Shown: positions 19,342-28,734 of the stretch, piece after piece
Position numbering within the stretch: position 1 is the stretch's first letter
Layout of the letters: each line of letters starts with the position of its first letter
Program-made: the position numbers and the translations under genes
DNA from: a virus
DNA length: 64,000 bases
Virus record (IMG/VR): IMGVR_UViG_3300034107_000273
Location: 32,001-96,000 of that record
Reading direction: 5' to 3' (one strand)
Notes under the pieces: generated by a model
Database searches by the model: none
Told to the model about the DNA's origin: nothing
The model's input: the letters and a program-made list of their open reading frames with translations, nothing else

Positions 19342-21423
19342 ATTAAGAAATTAACAAGGGTATTAATTGTTATATCTTTAATACTAACACCACTACTTTT
19401 AATCATAGACAAAGCTCATGCAGCAGAAGGCTTGACTGCTCAAGTCTATAATGTGCTGGGACAAAATGCTTCTCCTTACATACCCCAGGGAGCCTCTCCA
19501 GTAGTGACTACAAATGTACCCAATATTGACTTCCAGTGGGGTTCTGGCAGTGTCTTAGGTGGCCCTTCAGAGGATGTTATTGTACGATTTACTGGGTCAA
19601 TTAGAAGCGATTCTACTCAAGACATATCATTTTTAGCAACAGCAGATGACGGAACAAAACTGTATGTTGATGGCATACTTGTAGCAAGTGACTGGGTAGA
19701 CAAAGGTGGTGGAGGAACTACAACTGCCCCAATAGCCTTTACAGCAGGAGTCCCTAAAACAATAGAATTAATGTACTATGAAAATGGTGGTGGAGCAAAC
19801 GTATTTTTAAACTGGGATCAATCTGGATCAATGCAGATTATTCCAGCATCAGCATTTACTTCACAAGCAGCACCAGTAGTAAAAACAATAGGACCTCCAA
19901 GAAATTTAACTATAGCCAGTAGCGATACATCAACAGTGTTATCTTGGGAAGCACCAGACACTGGTAACACTCAACCAGAAAGATATGCAATAAGTTTTAA
20001 TTGTTCTGGATGCAATGGTTGGGGAATTGCAACTGGAAATGTTGGCGGACCAAATTCTTTAAACACAACAATAACAATTGATCATTCCTTGTTAGACGGC
20101 CTTCGTCCTGCAGGAACAGTATGGTCATTTCATATTAGATCAGATAACGACACATTTGCCCTTTACTCTGCAAATTCAAACGTTGTTACTGGGTCTACAT
20201 ATGTAGCACCAACACCAACACCTACGCCTACTCCTACACCAGAGCCAACGCCTACACCAGAAACAACAACTGTTACAACACCAACCCCAGAACCAGGACC
20301 AGTTACAGTAGAGCCAACTGGACCAACTGAGGCAGAAATTGCAGCACAAGTAGCAGCCCAGCTAGCTGCACAACAAGCGGAAGCAGCAAGAATACAGGCA
20401 GAGACAGCAGCACTGATTGCAGCACAAGCAGCAGCAGCCCAAGCAGAAGCAAATAGAATTGCTGCAGAAGAAGCAGCCAGAGAAGCAGCAAGAATTCAAG
20501 CAGAAGCGGAACTAAAAGAAAAGGCTGACCGTGAAGCAGCAGAGATTGAAGCAGCAAGAATTAAAGCAGAAATAGAAGCCAAAGAAGAAGCAGATCGTAT
20601 TGCAGCAGAAGTTAAAGCAGCAGAAGAAAAAGCAGAAGCAGAGGCTAAGGCAGAGGCTGATCGTATAGAAGCAGAGCGTATAGCGGAAGAAAAAAGAATT
20701 GCTGAAGAAGCAGAAGCAGAGGCAGAGCGTATAGCAGCAGAAGAAGAAGCCATTGCAGAAGCAGTTGCCAAGGCCGAAGCACTTGCAGAAGAAGAAAGAA
20801 TTGCTGCAGAAGAAGAGGCTAGAGCGCAAGCCGAAGAAGATGCCAAAGCGGAGGCAGAAAAGGCTGAGGCTGATAAAATAGCAGCAGAAGAAGCTGCTAA
20901 AAAAGCAGAAGAAGAAAGATTAGCAAAAATTGCTAAAGATGCCCAGGATGGAAAAGAACTATCTAAAGAAGAAGTTGCACTAGTCGTAACAGCATTAGTT
21001 GCTAACTTAAGTCCAGGTGAATCAATCTCAGCAGCAGAAGTACAATCTTCTGGAGTTTCATATTCAGATCTTCCACCACAAACACCAATTGAAATTAGAA
21101 CATCAGAGTCTGGTGAAGTTCTTGTTATTACCGCAGAAGTGGCAGCAAATGTTGAATTAGTTCAAGATCCAGGCGCATTGCTAGAAGCAGTATTTACAGA
21201 TCCAGGTGCAGCCATTGCTGCTCTTGGAAGTATTGGAGCAGATATGACTCCAGGAGAAAGAGAAGAAGCAACAGAGATGGTTGTTGCAACAGTTGTTGCT
21301 GCAGGTGCAGCAATTAATGCAGCAGCCGTTGCAGCAGGTGGAAGCACAGGAGGAGGAAATTCTGGTGGAGGTGGCGCATCAGGCTCCAATTCACCAGCTT
21401 CAAGAGGAGGTAGAAAATGGTAA
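19342..21423 (+). CDS. Secreted PA14 + FN3 + PT-linker + Ala/Glu coiled-coil protein; probable ATT start
   Basis: PA14 motifs ADDGTKLYVDG and YYENGGGA; in-frame signal peptide begins at ATT 19342 after AAGGAG. Confidence 0.75.
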   Translation: MKKLTRVLIVISLILTPLLLIIDKAHAAEGLTAQVYNVLGQNASPYIPQGASPVVTTNVPNIDFQWGSGSVLGGPSEDVIVRFTGSIRSDSTQDISFLATADDGTKLYVDGILVASDWVDKGGGGTTTAPIAFTAGVPKTIELMYYENGGGANVFLNWDQSGSMQIIPASAFTSQAAPVVKTIGPPRNLTIASSDTSTVLSWEAPDTGNTQPERYAISFNCSGCNGWGIATGNVGGPNSLNTTITIDHSLLDGLRPAGTVWSFHIRSDNDTFALYSANSNVVTGSTYVAPTPTPTPTPTPEPTPTPETTTVTTPTPEPGPVTVEPTGPTEAEIAAQVAAQLAAQQAEAARIQAETAALIAAQAAAAQAEANRIAAEEAAREAARIQAEAELKEKADREAAEIEAARIKAEIEAKEEADRIAAEVKAAEEKAEAEAKAEADRIEAERIAEEKRIAEEAEAEAERIAAEEEAIAEAVAKAEALAEEERIAAEEEARAQAEEDAKAEAEKAEADKIAAEEAAKKAEEERLAKIAKDAQDGKELSKEEVALVVTALVANLSPGESISAAEVQSSGVSYSDLPPQTPIEIRTSESGEVLVITAEVAANVELVQDPGALLEAVFTDPGAAIAALGSIGADMTPGEREEATEMVVATVVAAGAAINAAAVAAGGSTGGGNSGGGGASGSNSPASRGGRKW

Positions 21424-21599
21424 GAATAGTAAAAAATATAATCAAAGACCTAATTGATCAGGCATGGACCCTTCTTGGAATGTTTATAGCCTGGGTGGTT
21501 TTAGATGGAAGTGCAAAAACAGTAGTTGGATATGGAATTATAGCAACTACAACACTTTGGATTGTAACTAGTCCAATTAGAAATAGAGAGGAAGAATAA
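21417..21599 (+). CDS. Small two-TM membrane protein
   Basis: Hydrophobic segments; overlaps upstream gene. Confidence 0.7.
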   Translation: MVRIVKNIIKDLIDQAWTLLGMFIAWVVLDGSAKTVVGYGIIATTTLWIVTSPIRNREEE

Positions 21600-21601
21600 A
21601 A

Positions 21602-21886
21602 ATGGCAACTAAAAAAATAGTGGAACCACCAAAGAAAGAGCACCCACAAAAAGCAATAACAAATATCTTAATGAGAATTCTTGCGGTATTTGCAGCATCA
21701 GGACTATCAGTCCTAGGAGCAGGAGCAGTAGTAGGAATTGATACTATGCAGGCAGTATTCTTAGCAGGACTATTAGGCGTAGCAACAGTCATAGAAAGAC
21801 TGGCTAGGGCTTTTTTGGACGATGGAAAACTCACATTGGCAGAGATCAATGATGCGTTTAAGACGGTAGACAAAAAGGCTAATTAG
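21602..21886 (+). CDS. Membrane protein (holin-like)
   Basis: Two TM segments and a charged C-terminus. Confidence 0.55.
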   Translation: MATKKIVEPPKKEHPQKAITNILMRILAVFAASGLSVLGAGAVVGIDTMQAVFLAGLLGVATVIERLARAFLDDGKLTLAEINDAFKTVDKKAN

Positions 21887-21902
21887 TCATTATTGACGGT
21901 AG

Positions 21903-21933
21903 TTGACAGCCCTCTCTGGGCAATGGTATACTT
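21903..21933 (+). promoter_or_regulatory. SigA-type promoter overlapping an inverted repeat
   Basis: TTGACA-18-TATACT; AGCCCTCTC...GAGAGGGCT repeat. Confidence 0.65.
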
Positions 21934-21963
21934 GAGTATAACCTATCTGGAGAGGGCTTTGTC

Positions 21964-22482
21964 ATGACCTGCATTGCTGGAATAATGAAAGAAGGCAAAG
22001 TATATCTTGCTGGAGAACGAGGAGCCTCTGAAGGCACCTACATAGTACCTATTGACAAACCAAAAATATGGAAATCTGGTCCTTATGTCTTTGGATTTGC
22101 TGGAACCTTTGATGGTCAAATTATTCAATATAACTTTATTCCACCTGCCTTAGAGGGTAATGTTGATAAATTTATGCATGGTAAGTTTTTAAAATCACTT
22201 AAAGCATTTTATAGTGAATGGGATATTGGTGGTAAAGATAGCGAGTTATCATTATTAATTGGAGTAAAAGGAAAGCTCTATGAGCATGATGCAGATGGAC
22301 TAACTCTGATGTCCTATGACAGAGATTATTGTGCAATAGGTTCAGGTGCAGATTTTGCTATGGGATCACTTTTTGCCACACAAACACATAAAGATCCAAA
22401 ACGTCGCCTTACATTAGCATTAAATGCAGCAGTTGCCTTTAGCACTTCTTGTATTGGCCCAGTTGACATAATTCAAGGTTAG
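21964..22482 (+). CDS. Ntn-hydrolase (HslV/proteasome beta-like) peptidase
   Basis: N-terminal MTCIAG, AIGSGADFAMG. Confidence 0.75.
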   Translation: MTCIAGIMKEGKVYLAGERGASEGTYIVPIDKPKIWKSGPYVFGFAGTFDGQIIQYNFIPPALEGNVDKFMHGKFLKSLKAFYSEWDIGGKDSELSLLIGVKGKLYEHDADGLTLMSYDRDYCAIGSGADFAMGSLFATQTHKDPKRRLTLALNAAVAFSTSCIGPVDIIQG

Positions 22483-22497
22483 GGGTATACTTATATT

Positions 22498-22716
22498 ATG
22501 GATGAAGAATTTCAAGAAATATTAAAAAATATTCAAGATTCAGAATCAGACTATAAAGAGTTTGAAATATGGATTAAAAATGGGATTGAACGTGGATGGA
22601 TAACAGAACCATTTTGTAATACACATGATGGAGATCCATACATGAGTGAAGAAGAGTTAGAAGAGTGGGACCAAGGTGGCGACCCATGTCAGGTAGTAAT
22701 TAGAATAAAGCTATAG
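22498..22716 (+). CDS. Hypothetical protein (leaderless)
   Basis: TATACT 6 nt before ATG; CNTHDG motif. Confidence 0.65.
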   Translation: MDEEFQEILKNIQDSESDYKEFEIWIKNGIERGWITEPFCNTHDGDPYMSEEELEEWDQGGDPCQVVIRIKL

Positions 22717-22782
22717 TCTGATATAATATATATGTACTGCCTGCGGGGGTACATTAACTTATTCGCTTGAAAGGGGAATAAA

Positions 22783-23205
22783 ATGGTAAGTGTAATAAAA
22801 CATCCAATGGATCTATTAAATGATCCTTTTTTTATTGGCTTCAACAGAGAGTTGAATCGCCTAAATAGTGCACATAAAACAAACTCACAATCATATCCTC
22901 CATATGATCTTCTTAAACTAGATGAAGATACATATAAGATCTCATTGGCTATTGCTGGATTTTCTAGGGAAGATATTGATGTCTCCGTAGATAATAGAAC
23001 TCTTATTATCAAGGGTGAGATTGTAGAAGTAATAGATGCAGAGGTAGTTCATAAAGGTATCGCAGGAAGAAAGTTCGTAAGATCTTTTGCTCTTGGAGAA
23101 TATATGGAAGTAAGCTCTGCAGAACTAAGGGATGGCATGCTACATATTAACGTAGTCCGCACTGTCCCTGAAGAAAAGAAACCTAAGACAATTAAGATAA
23201 AGTAA
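22783..23205 (+). CDS. Small heat-shock protein (Hsp20/IbpA-like)
   Basis: YPPYD, AIAGFS, FVRSFAL, AELRDGML. Confidence 0.92.
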   Translation: MVSVIKHPMDLLNDPFFIGFNRELNRLNSAHKTNSQSYPPYDLLKLDEDTYKISLAIAGFSREDIDVSVDNRTLIIKGEIVEVIDAEVVHKGIAGRKFVRSFALGEYMEVSSAELRDGMLHINVVRTVPEEKKPKTIKIK

Positions 23206-23210
23206 TTAAA

Positions 23211-23238
23211 ACACCTGAGCATGTGTATAAACTGCTCA
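23211..23238 (+). ncRNA. Compact H-type pseudoknot motif, copy A
   Basis: ACAC-C-TGAGCA-T-GTGT-ATAAAC-TGCTCA immediately after the Hsp20 stop. Confidence 0.65.
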
Positions 23239-23240
23239 AT

Positions 23241-23273
23241 ATTCACTTGGATTTAATCATAAGTTTACCAATT
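23241..23273 (+). promoter_or_regulatory. Putative PHO box (three 11-nt units)
   Basis: ATTCACTTGGA TTTAATCATAA GTTTACCAATT upstream of the pstS -10. Confidence 0.4.
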
Positions 23274-23312
23274 ATAACAAAAGTATATAGTTTTACACTA
23301 TATACTATAAGT

Positions 23313-24356
23313 ATGAAATTTAAATTCATTACTTTACCAGTAGCATTAGCCATTTTTGCTAATGCTTTTTTTATTACTACTTCACATGCTGATAACCTAC
23401 AAGGTGCTGGATCCACATTTGCTGCTAACTTTATAGACAGATGTAGGGTTGAATTTATTAAATCAACAGGAGATTCTGTTGTATATGGAGCATCTGGATC
23501 GGGTGCTGGTAAAAATATGTTTTCAAATGGTGTAACAGATTTTGCTATGTCAGATGTTCCTTATTCTGGATCAGAACTAAAACCATCAAAAGAATTTACA
23601 TATGTTCCATTAGTCGCAGGACCAATTGGAATTATATACAATCTTGATGGATATAAAATTACTATTAAGATGAGTAAGGATACTCTTGCTAAAGTTTTTG
23701 CGGGACAAATAACAATGTGGAATGATCCACAGATATTAAAAGAAAATATGATAGGAACAAGACTGCCAAAGATACCATCAACAAAGATCAGAGTTGTTTA
23801 CCGTATTGATGGATCTGGAACTTCAGAAGTATTTACGTCATACCTTAACGCAATTGCTCCAAATATATGGACAAAGCCAGGTAATAAAAATTTTATATCT
23901 GCATTTCCTGGTGATATATCTAAGCAATATATGAATAGTGCTTCTGGTTCACATGGCATTGCAATGGTACAGAGTACTACAAATGGATCTATTGGATACA
24001 ACGAGATATCTTATGCAAGAGGACTTAAAACTATTTCTGTTGAGAATGAATCTGGAAGGTTTATGCAACCAACAGTTAGTGCAGCATCTGTATTTCTTGG
24101 AGATTTTGTTCCAGATAAAAGTGGGGCAGTTAAAATAAATTATAAAAATCCTAATAAACTATCCTATAACATATCTACATTCACCTACGGTATAGCATAC
24201 AAAGAAAAGAACTCAAAGAATGATTCTGTAAAGAAGTTCTTTAATTTTATGTTGGATACATGCGGTAAAAAAGCAGAAGATCTTGGATACTCACCAATAA
24301 GAGGAGCTATGCTTAAGTTTGCAAAGTCAAAGGTAGCAGAAGTAAGTTCAAAGTAG
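23313..24356 (+). CDS. pstS: Phosphate-binding protein PstS
   Basis: GAGSTF, SGSGAG, DFAMSD, RIDGSGTSEVFT; signal peptide; leaderless start. Confidence 0.93.
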   Translation: MKFKFITLPVALAIFANAFFITTSHADNLQGAGSTFAANFIDRCRVEFIKSTGDSVVYGASGSGAGKNMFSNGVTDFAMSDVPYSGSELKPSKEFTYVPLVAGPIGIIYNLDGYKITIKMSKDTLAKVFAGQITMWNDPQILKENMIGTRLPKIPSTKIRVVYRIDGSGTSEVFTSYLNAIAPNIWTKPGNKNFISAFPGDISKQYMNSASGSHGIAMVQSTTNGSIGYNEISYARGLKTISVENESGRFMQPTVSAASVFLGDFVPDKSGAVKINYKNPNKLSYNISTFTYGIAYKEKNSKNDSVKKFFNFMLDTCGKKAEDLGYSPIRGAMLKFAKSKVAEVSSK

Positions 24357-24371
24357 TAGTACAATATAAAT

Positions 24372-24456
24372 GTCCCCACACAGGACCTTAGTGATGGATT
24401 AGTTACCCATTGGATAGAGACCGTGGCGCAAGTCAGGTGAATTGCCTGTGTGGGGC
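24372..24456 (+). ncRNA. Candidate structured small RNA
   Basis: TACAAT -10 at 24360; 11-bp closing stem CCCCACACAGG/CCTGTGTGGGG. Confidence 0.45.
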
Positions 24457-24485
24457 TTTAATATTTGTTGATATAATTAAAGCCT

Positions 24486-24761
24486 ATGACTGACAAAGAG
24501 TTAGTGCATTATAATAAGCAGCAGTTTAAAAAAAGACTGTCAGAGATTAAAGAAGCGTCTGGCTGCACAGACTGTGGAGTTACCAATCCAATAGTATTAG
24601 ACTTTGATCATCTCAAAGATAAAAAATATAATATCTCAAGAATGATTCATGATGGATTTTCTTGGGCAGCTATTAAAAAAGAAATTGCAAAGTGTGAGGT
24701 AGTATGTGCAAACTGTCATAGAATAAGAACTCATTATCGTTTGACACACAAAGCCTCCTAA
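24486..24761 (+). CDS. HNH endonuclease-like protein
   Basis: CTDC, LDFDH, CANCHRIRT. Confidence 0.8.
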   Translation: MTDKELVHYNKQQFKKRLSEIKEASGCTDCGVTNPIVLDFDHLKDKKYNISRMIHDGFSWAAIKKEIAKCEVVCANCHRIRTHYRLTHKAS

Positions 24762-24795
24762 TGCTATAATAGATAGATACCTATAGGAGGGTAAT

Positions 24796-25440
24796 ATGTC
24801 AGTTAAAGGATCAGTAGAAGCAATCATTGAAATTGCTAAAAAAGAACTAGGAACTATTGAAGGACCAAAAGATAATGAAACAAAGTACGGTGCATGGATT
24901 AAGGTTAATTTTCAACCATGGTGTCAATCATTTGTTTCGTGGTGTGCATTTACAGCGGGAGTTAAATCATTCCCAAAGTCTGCTTCAACAGTAGCAGCAT
25001 CAGATCAGTTCAAGAAAGAAGGACGTTGGTCAGATGCACGTAATGATGACCCAATGCCAGGAGACTGGATCTATTTTGATTTTCCAGAAGATGGAGTAAA
25101 TCGTATTTCACATGTTGGTATTTGTATTAAAAATAATGGTGATGGAACTATTCAAGTTATTGAAGGAAACACTTCAGGAACTGCAAAGGGAGATCAGAGA
25201 AACGGCGGAATGTGCGTTGAGAAGACTCGTGGATACGTCAAGAACAATAAGAAGAAGTTAGTAAATGCTGTTGTTGGTTGGGGTCGTCCAGTATATACTG
25301 GTGAAGAGAATGCTCCACTGCTAAATAAGTTGGCAGCAACACCAGTTACGTCTACATCTCCAGATGCTGCTAAGAAAGATGCAAAGGCTGCTGCTAAGAA
25401 ATCTTCTGGTGGCGGAGGAAAAGGTAAGGTAGCACTATAA
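24796..25440 (+). CDS. CHAP-domain endolysin
   Basis: PWCQSFVSW, SHVGI, IEGNT. Confidence 0.85.
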   Translation: MSVKGSVEAIIEIAKKELGTIEGPKDNETKYGAWIKVNFQPWCQSFVSWCAFTAGVKSFPKSASTVAASDQFKKEGRWSDARNDDPMPGDWIYFDFPEDGVNRISHVGICIKNNGDGTIQVIEGNTSGTAKGDQRNGGMCVEKTRGYVKNNKKKLVNAVVGWGRPVYTGEENAPLLNKLAATPVTSTSPDAAKKDAKAAAKKSSGGGGKGKVAL

Positions 25441-25658
25441 TGGATTCTAGAAGAAAGTCATTACTAAAAACCATAAGCTGGCCCTTTGTACATTTTACTT
25501 TTGTTGCTGGAATAATTTATTCTTTGCTTAAGCATTTTACTGGGGAAGCAGAATGGGAATATGTTGGTCTATACGGACTAATGTACCTTACATTAGAAAT
25601 GACTTTCTTCTTTATTCATGAGCGAGTTTGGTCTAAATTTGGTAAAAAGGTAAAGTAA
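25440..25658 (+). CDS. DUF2061-like membrane protein
   Basis: SLLKTISW...HERVW. Confidence 0.7.
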   Translation: MDSRRKSLLKTISWPFVHFTFVAGIIYSLLKHFTGEAEWEYVGLYGLMYLTLEMTFFFIHERVWSKFGKKVK

Positions 25659-26239
25659 TGAAAGTTCTAGGGGATAAAATTTTTATTATAGAAAATTTTA
25701 TATCTGTTGATACTGCAAACTTTTTAGTAGATTCATTTACTGAGAATATACAGCCAACAGTTCACCCTGGAATATACAGCGGACCAGGCCAAGGAGACAA
25801 TGAAGCCTATAAAATCAGTGGTCAACACAAGATCAAGCAATATGATTCAAAAAATAACATTGCTATTGATATAATGACAAGTCTTTGTCCAAGTATGGAA
25901 AAGGTTATGTCTAATGTATTCAATAAAAACCTACAATTAAAGTCTATTTCTTATGTTCATATGAAATCAGGTGGAAAAAATGATCTTCACTATGATAACT
26001 ATAGTGAAGAATACAAGGATGATTACTCAGGTATTTTATATTTAACAGATAAATACTTAGGTGGCGCTTTAAATTTTCCTAACAATGACATAAAAATAGA
26101 GCCTAAAATAGGAGATTTTATATGTTTTGTTGGTGACAACGAACTAGAGCATGAGGTTCAAGAAGTAATTCAAGGAGATCGTGTTAATCTAGTATGTTTT
26201 TTTAATGAAAAAGGAAAAGATATATATGCCAATCTATGA
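25658..26239 (+). CDS. 2OG-Fe(II) oxygenase
   Basis: HYD, LYLTDKYLGG, HEVQEVIQGDR. Confidence 0.85.
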   Translation: MKVLGDKIFIIENFISVDTANFLVDSFTENIQPTVHPGIYSGPGQGDNEAYKISGQHKIKQYDSKNNIAIDIMTSLCPSMEKVMSNVFNKNLQLKSISYVHMKSGGKNDLHYDNYSEEYKDDYSGILYLTDKYLGGALNFPNNDIKIEPKIGDFICFVGDNELEHEVQEVIQGDRVNLVCFFNEKGKDIYANL

Positions 26240-26411
26240 ATATAAATGTTTAAATGAATGTAATGGAATAGTAAACAAACAAAGATCTATAACTGAATCA
26301 GATCCAGGATATCTCTGTGAGACTTGCAATGTTCAACTAGAACGTGTATACTCTAATATAGGAGCAGTATTCAACGGTAGTGGATTTTATTCCACTGATA
26401 ATAGAAAGTAG
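26226..26411 (+). CDS. FmdB-family Zn-ribbon protein
   Basis: MPIYEYKC...FNGSGFYSTD. Confidence 0.85.
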   Translation: MPIYEYKCLNECNGIVNKQRSITESDPGYLCETCNVQLERVYSNIGAVFNGSGFYSTDNRK

Positions 26412-26429
26412 GAGTATACTATTAACACA

Positions 26430-26678
26430 ATGATTACAGAACAAGAAGATAAAAAAGACTGGGTATTAAAGGCTACAGATCGTTGCGATTCTTGTGCAGC
26501 AGAAGCCCTTGTTCAGGTTACTGGAATTGAAGGTGTTTTAACATTTTGTGGGCATCACTATAATAAAATTATGAACAATCCAGATGGATACAAGAAGATG
26601 ATGTCTTTTGCAATAAGTATTATTGATGAAAGAGATAAGCTTATTCAGAACAAGTTAAAGGATGAAGATTATGTATGA
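26430..26678 (+). CDS. Actinobacterial-type Zn-binding hypothetical protein
   Basis: DRCDSC...FCGHH...DER. Confidence 0.65.
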   Translation: MITEQEDKKDWVLKATDRCDSCAAEALVQVTGIEGVLTFCGHHYNKIMNNPDGYKKMMSFAISIIDERDKLIQNKLKDEDYV

Positions 26679-27078
26679 GTACTATGTTCGTAAAGTAGAG
26701 AATGTCGTAGATGGAGATACCATTGATGTTCTTATTGATTTAGGGTTTGATATTTTATTTCAATCACGTGTTAGATTAGCTGGCATTGATACCCCTGAGT
26801 CTCGCACAAAGGATCTTAAAGAGAAGGCTTTGGGGCTTGAGTCTAAAGAATATCTAAAGAAGCATTTAAAGGATGCTAAGTCTGTTGTCATTAAGACTGA
26901 AAAAATGGATTCCTCTGAAAAGTATGGTCGCATTCTTGGCTGGGTATATATTAATGGTGACACAGAATCTCTTAATGATAAGATGATTAATGATGGATAT
27001 GCTTGGGGATATATGGGTGATACTAAAGTTAAAGACTTTGATGCTCTTGAAAAAGCAAGAAAGAAGTCTGGTAAATGA
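26671..27078 (+). CDS. SNase-like nuclease
   Basis: VVDGDTID, RLAGIDTPES, KYGRILG. Confidence 0.9.
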   Translation: MYEYYVRKVENVVDGDTIDVLIDLGFDILFQSRVRLAGIDTPESRTKDLKEKALGLESKEYLKKHLKDAKSVVIKTEKMDSSEKYGRILGWVYINGDTESLNDKMINDGYAWGYMGDTKVKDFDALEKARKKSGK

Positions 27079-27326
27079 CACACGTACTTTACTTCACCGC
27101 TGACTGGTGTAATCCTTGTCAACGCACTAGACCAATTACAGATGAGCTTAAGCGTGAAGGAATAATTGATTTTTTATATGTTGATGTAGATACAGAGATA
27201 GAGTTATCAGAAGAGTTTGGCATTAAATCTATACCAACCTACATATTAATTGAAGATGGCATAGAGGTTAAAAGAATGAATGGTGCAAAAACTCGTCAAG
27301 AATTCTTGGACTTCATGGATGTTTGA
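27075..27326 (+). CDS. Thioredoxin
   Basis: FTADWCNPC, SIPT. Confidence 0.88.
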   Translation: MTHVLYFTADWCNPCQRTRPITDELKREGIIDFLYVDVDTEIELSEEFGIKSIPTYILIEDGIEVKRMNGAKTRQEFLDFMDV

Positions 27327-27663
27327 TGATGATGCCATAAGTCAGATAATAGATGACTTAATTCTTGAGGGTGGATTAGAGGTTGCAGGTATTGATCCTG
27401 ATAGTGGAGAAATGTTATATTCTTTTACTCCAAAGGTTAAAGAACTAATGCCTGAACTATATGAAGATCACTTAAATTTTGTTAATGCTGAACTTATGGT
27501 CCTGTGGGAAAAAGGGTATGTTAATATAGACTTCTTTAAAGAAGACCCATTAATCTCACTAACAAATAAGGCTCATGATCCAGACGAGGTAGCCAAGCTT
27601 TCAAAGCAGGAGAAATGGTCTCTTCAGGAGCTAAAAAGAGTTGTAAAGTCTCAAGAATTCTGA
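27319..27663 (+). CDS. Hypothetical protein
   Basis: Coupled ORF. Confidence 0.6.
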   Translation: MFDDDAISQIIDDLILEGGLEVAGIDPDSGEMLYSFTPKVKELMPELYEDHLNFVNAELMVLWEKGYVNIDFFKEDPLISLTNKAHDPDEVAKLSKQEKWSLQELKRVVKSQEF

Positions 27664-27675
27664 TATAATCATTGT

Positions 27676-28734
27676 ATGCCATATCGTGTAGGTGCTAAAG
27701 GAAGTTACGGTTGCTCAGGATACCCTGCGTTAAAAGAGGGTACCAATGAAGTAATGGGCTGTCATACCTCTAGATCAGAAGCAGCAGCACAAATATATGC
27801 AATTAATCGTAGCGAAGGAAACATAGGTAAGAGTATGCCAAATCTAAAAGAAGGCGATTACGCCATGACAGCACACGGATCTGATGAAGAGGTCCACATT
27901 GGTCAAGTAATTCATGTTATGCGTGAAGGCATGCTTGGTGTTCCTGGAGGAGAGTACTCATTAGAAGCATCCGCAGAAAACCCAGCGGTACTAATTCAGT
28001 TATTTGAACAAGATGAAAATGGTTTATGGGAAGCAACCAACCTATATACAGGATGCATGATGTCGCTCATGGTTGCAATTGATCCACTACCACAAGAACC
28101 AACTGAAGAAGAAGTTGCAATGGGTATGTACGATGCATCAATTGGAAAATCAGAATGTTGCCCAGAAGATATTTCTAAGCAAGCACCTTGTTGGGATGGT
28201 TATGTACAACGTGGAATGAAGCCAGGAAAAGATGGCAAGAAAGTTCCTAACTGTGTACCTGCTGCAAAGGCAGATGATTTATTTGAAGATGATGACACAG
28301 TTGAATATGAGACTGATACAGTTTCTAAGGCTGAAGGCTACTCGCCACCAGCAGGAGCAAGATCTGCTGCTCGCAGAGCAATTAAGTTTAAAGAAGATGG
28401 TAAGGCAACTGGTGCAGGAACTGCAGTTGGTTGGACTCGTGCAGGCCAGTTAGCAAGAGGAGAAACTATTTCTCTCAGCACTGTTAAGAGAATGTACTCA
28501 TACTTCTCACGCCATGAGGTAGACAAAAAGGGCAAGGACTGGGGTAACTCAGCAAATCCTTCTAATGGATATATCATGTGGTTAGCATGGGGTGGAGATG
28601 CAGGATTCTCTTGGTCAAGAGGAATTGTTAATCGTGAAAAAGATAAGGCTTTGTTTGCTGACTTTGGTAAAGACTACACAACATCTCAGTCATTGACGCA
28701 TATATTTAAGCCAAAAGAAAATGGTAATCAATAA
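27676..28734 (+). CDS. Modular hypothetical protein
   Basis: Leaderless start; GCH...AAAQ, PCWDGY...VPNCVP and WLAWGGDAG modules. Confidence 0.7.
   Translation: MPYRVGAKGSYGCSGYPALKEGTNEVMGCHTSRSEAAAQIYAINRSEGNIGKSMPNLKEGDYAMTAHGSDEEVHIGQVIHVMREGMLGVPGGEYSLEASAENPAVLIQLFEQDENGLWEATNLYTGCMMSLMVAIDPLPQEPTEEEVAMGMYDASIGKSECCPEDISKQAPCWDGYVQRGMKPGKDGKKVPNCVPAAKADDLFEDDDTVEYETDTVSKAEGYSPPAGARSAARRAIKFKEDGKATGAGTAVGWTRAGQLARGETISLSTVKRMYSYFSRHEVDKKGKDWGNSANPSNGYIMWLAWGGDAGFSWSRGIVNREKDKALFADFGKDYTTSQSLTHIFKPKENGNQ

Noticed and set aside
18048-21389. Long antisense ORFs (18048, 18621, 20496, 20512, 21162)
   Set aside because: Artefacts of Ala-rich biased codons on the coding strand
23223-23312. 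Extended PstS N-terminus given in the ORF track
   Set aside because: Overlaps the pseudoknot and promoter; the signal peptide starts at ATG 23313
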